A stretch of DNA of 64,000 nt from a virus (lineage: Duplodnaviria > Caudoviricetes). How positions within the stretch are numbered: position 1 is the stretch's first letter; every line of letters begins with the position of its first letter. The notes under the pieces were generated by a model. That model worked only from the letters and a program-made list of their open reading frames with translations, made no database searches and was not told the origin of the DNA. Where the stretch lies: positions 998 through 64,997 of the IMG/VR virus record IMGVR_UViG_3300037455_000533. The stretch is one strand, 5' to 3'. Shown here piece after piece: positions 63,890-64,000 of this stretch. The position numbers and the translations under genes were made by a program.

Positions 63890-64000
63890 CTACTTGCCCT
63901 TAATCTTGTCCGCAATCTCATCAAGAAGCGTAGACACAACCGCATCTGGCTTACTGATACTGACATTGACCTGGTTAATAACATTGGTCTTATTCAAGAG
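63890..64000 (-). CDS. 3' end of a gene entering from the right edge; possible terminase small subunit
   Basis: Open frame LLNKTNVINQVNVSISKPDAVVSTLLDEIADKIKGK ending at TAG 63892-63890. Confidence 0.5.
   Translation of the reverse strand, partial: LLNKTNVINQVNVSISKPDAVVSTLLDEIADKIKGK

Noticed and set aside
63745-63984. 79-aa track ORF with poly-Pro crossing the G run
   Set aside because: Wrong frame; the frame with normal codon usage stops at 63890, and the poly-Pro is only the C-run of the boundary element.
1-64000. Stop-codon reassignment (code 15 or 25)
   Set aside because: Long genes are intact in code 11 and use TAA, TAG and TGA as stops. An in-frame TAG near 6445 lies in a low-complexity non-coding stretch.

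Overview
The window is entirely tailed-phage DNA of siphovirus type, with no host housekeeping genes, integrase, DNA polymerase, reverse transcriptase or CRISPR array. A 57-kb core (about 6.75-63.87 kb) holds three parts. (1) A leftward recombination/replication arm: YqaJ-type exonuclease, strand-annealing protein, SF2 helicase, SSB-like protein, primase, DnaB-like helicase, and an initiator with internal iterons. (2) A tRNA-Cys and several promoter-driven, strongly base-paired non-coding RNAs. (3) A near-complete but scrambled virion gene set on both strands: portal, tail chaperone with a -1 frameshift, tape measure, Dit/Tal-like proteins, neck, major tail, TerL, major capsid, protease/scaffold, fibres, holin and endolysin. 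The core is bracketed by two diverged, colinear copies of a ~130-bp promoter-plus-G-run element. To the left is a block with different codon usage that encodes a MoxR AAA+ ATPase and a vWA/HExxH partner. At the right edge is the 3' end of a possible terminase small subunit gene. The most unusual observations are the bracketing element pair, two large ncRNAs with a shared 5' motif, a phage-specific promoter class (A7-CAAATG-N11-[-10]-N6-ATG) that appears to drive leaderless virion mRNAs, and a cysteine/CxxC-rich virion shell with a Cys-free tape measure protein and tRNA-Cys as the only tRNA. All functional calls come from motifs read by eye; no database search or folding program was run.
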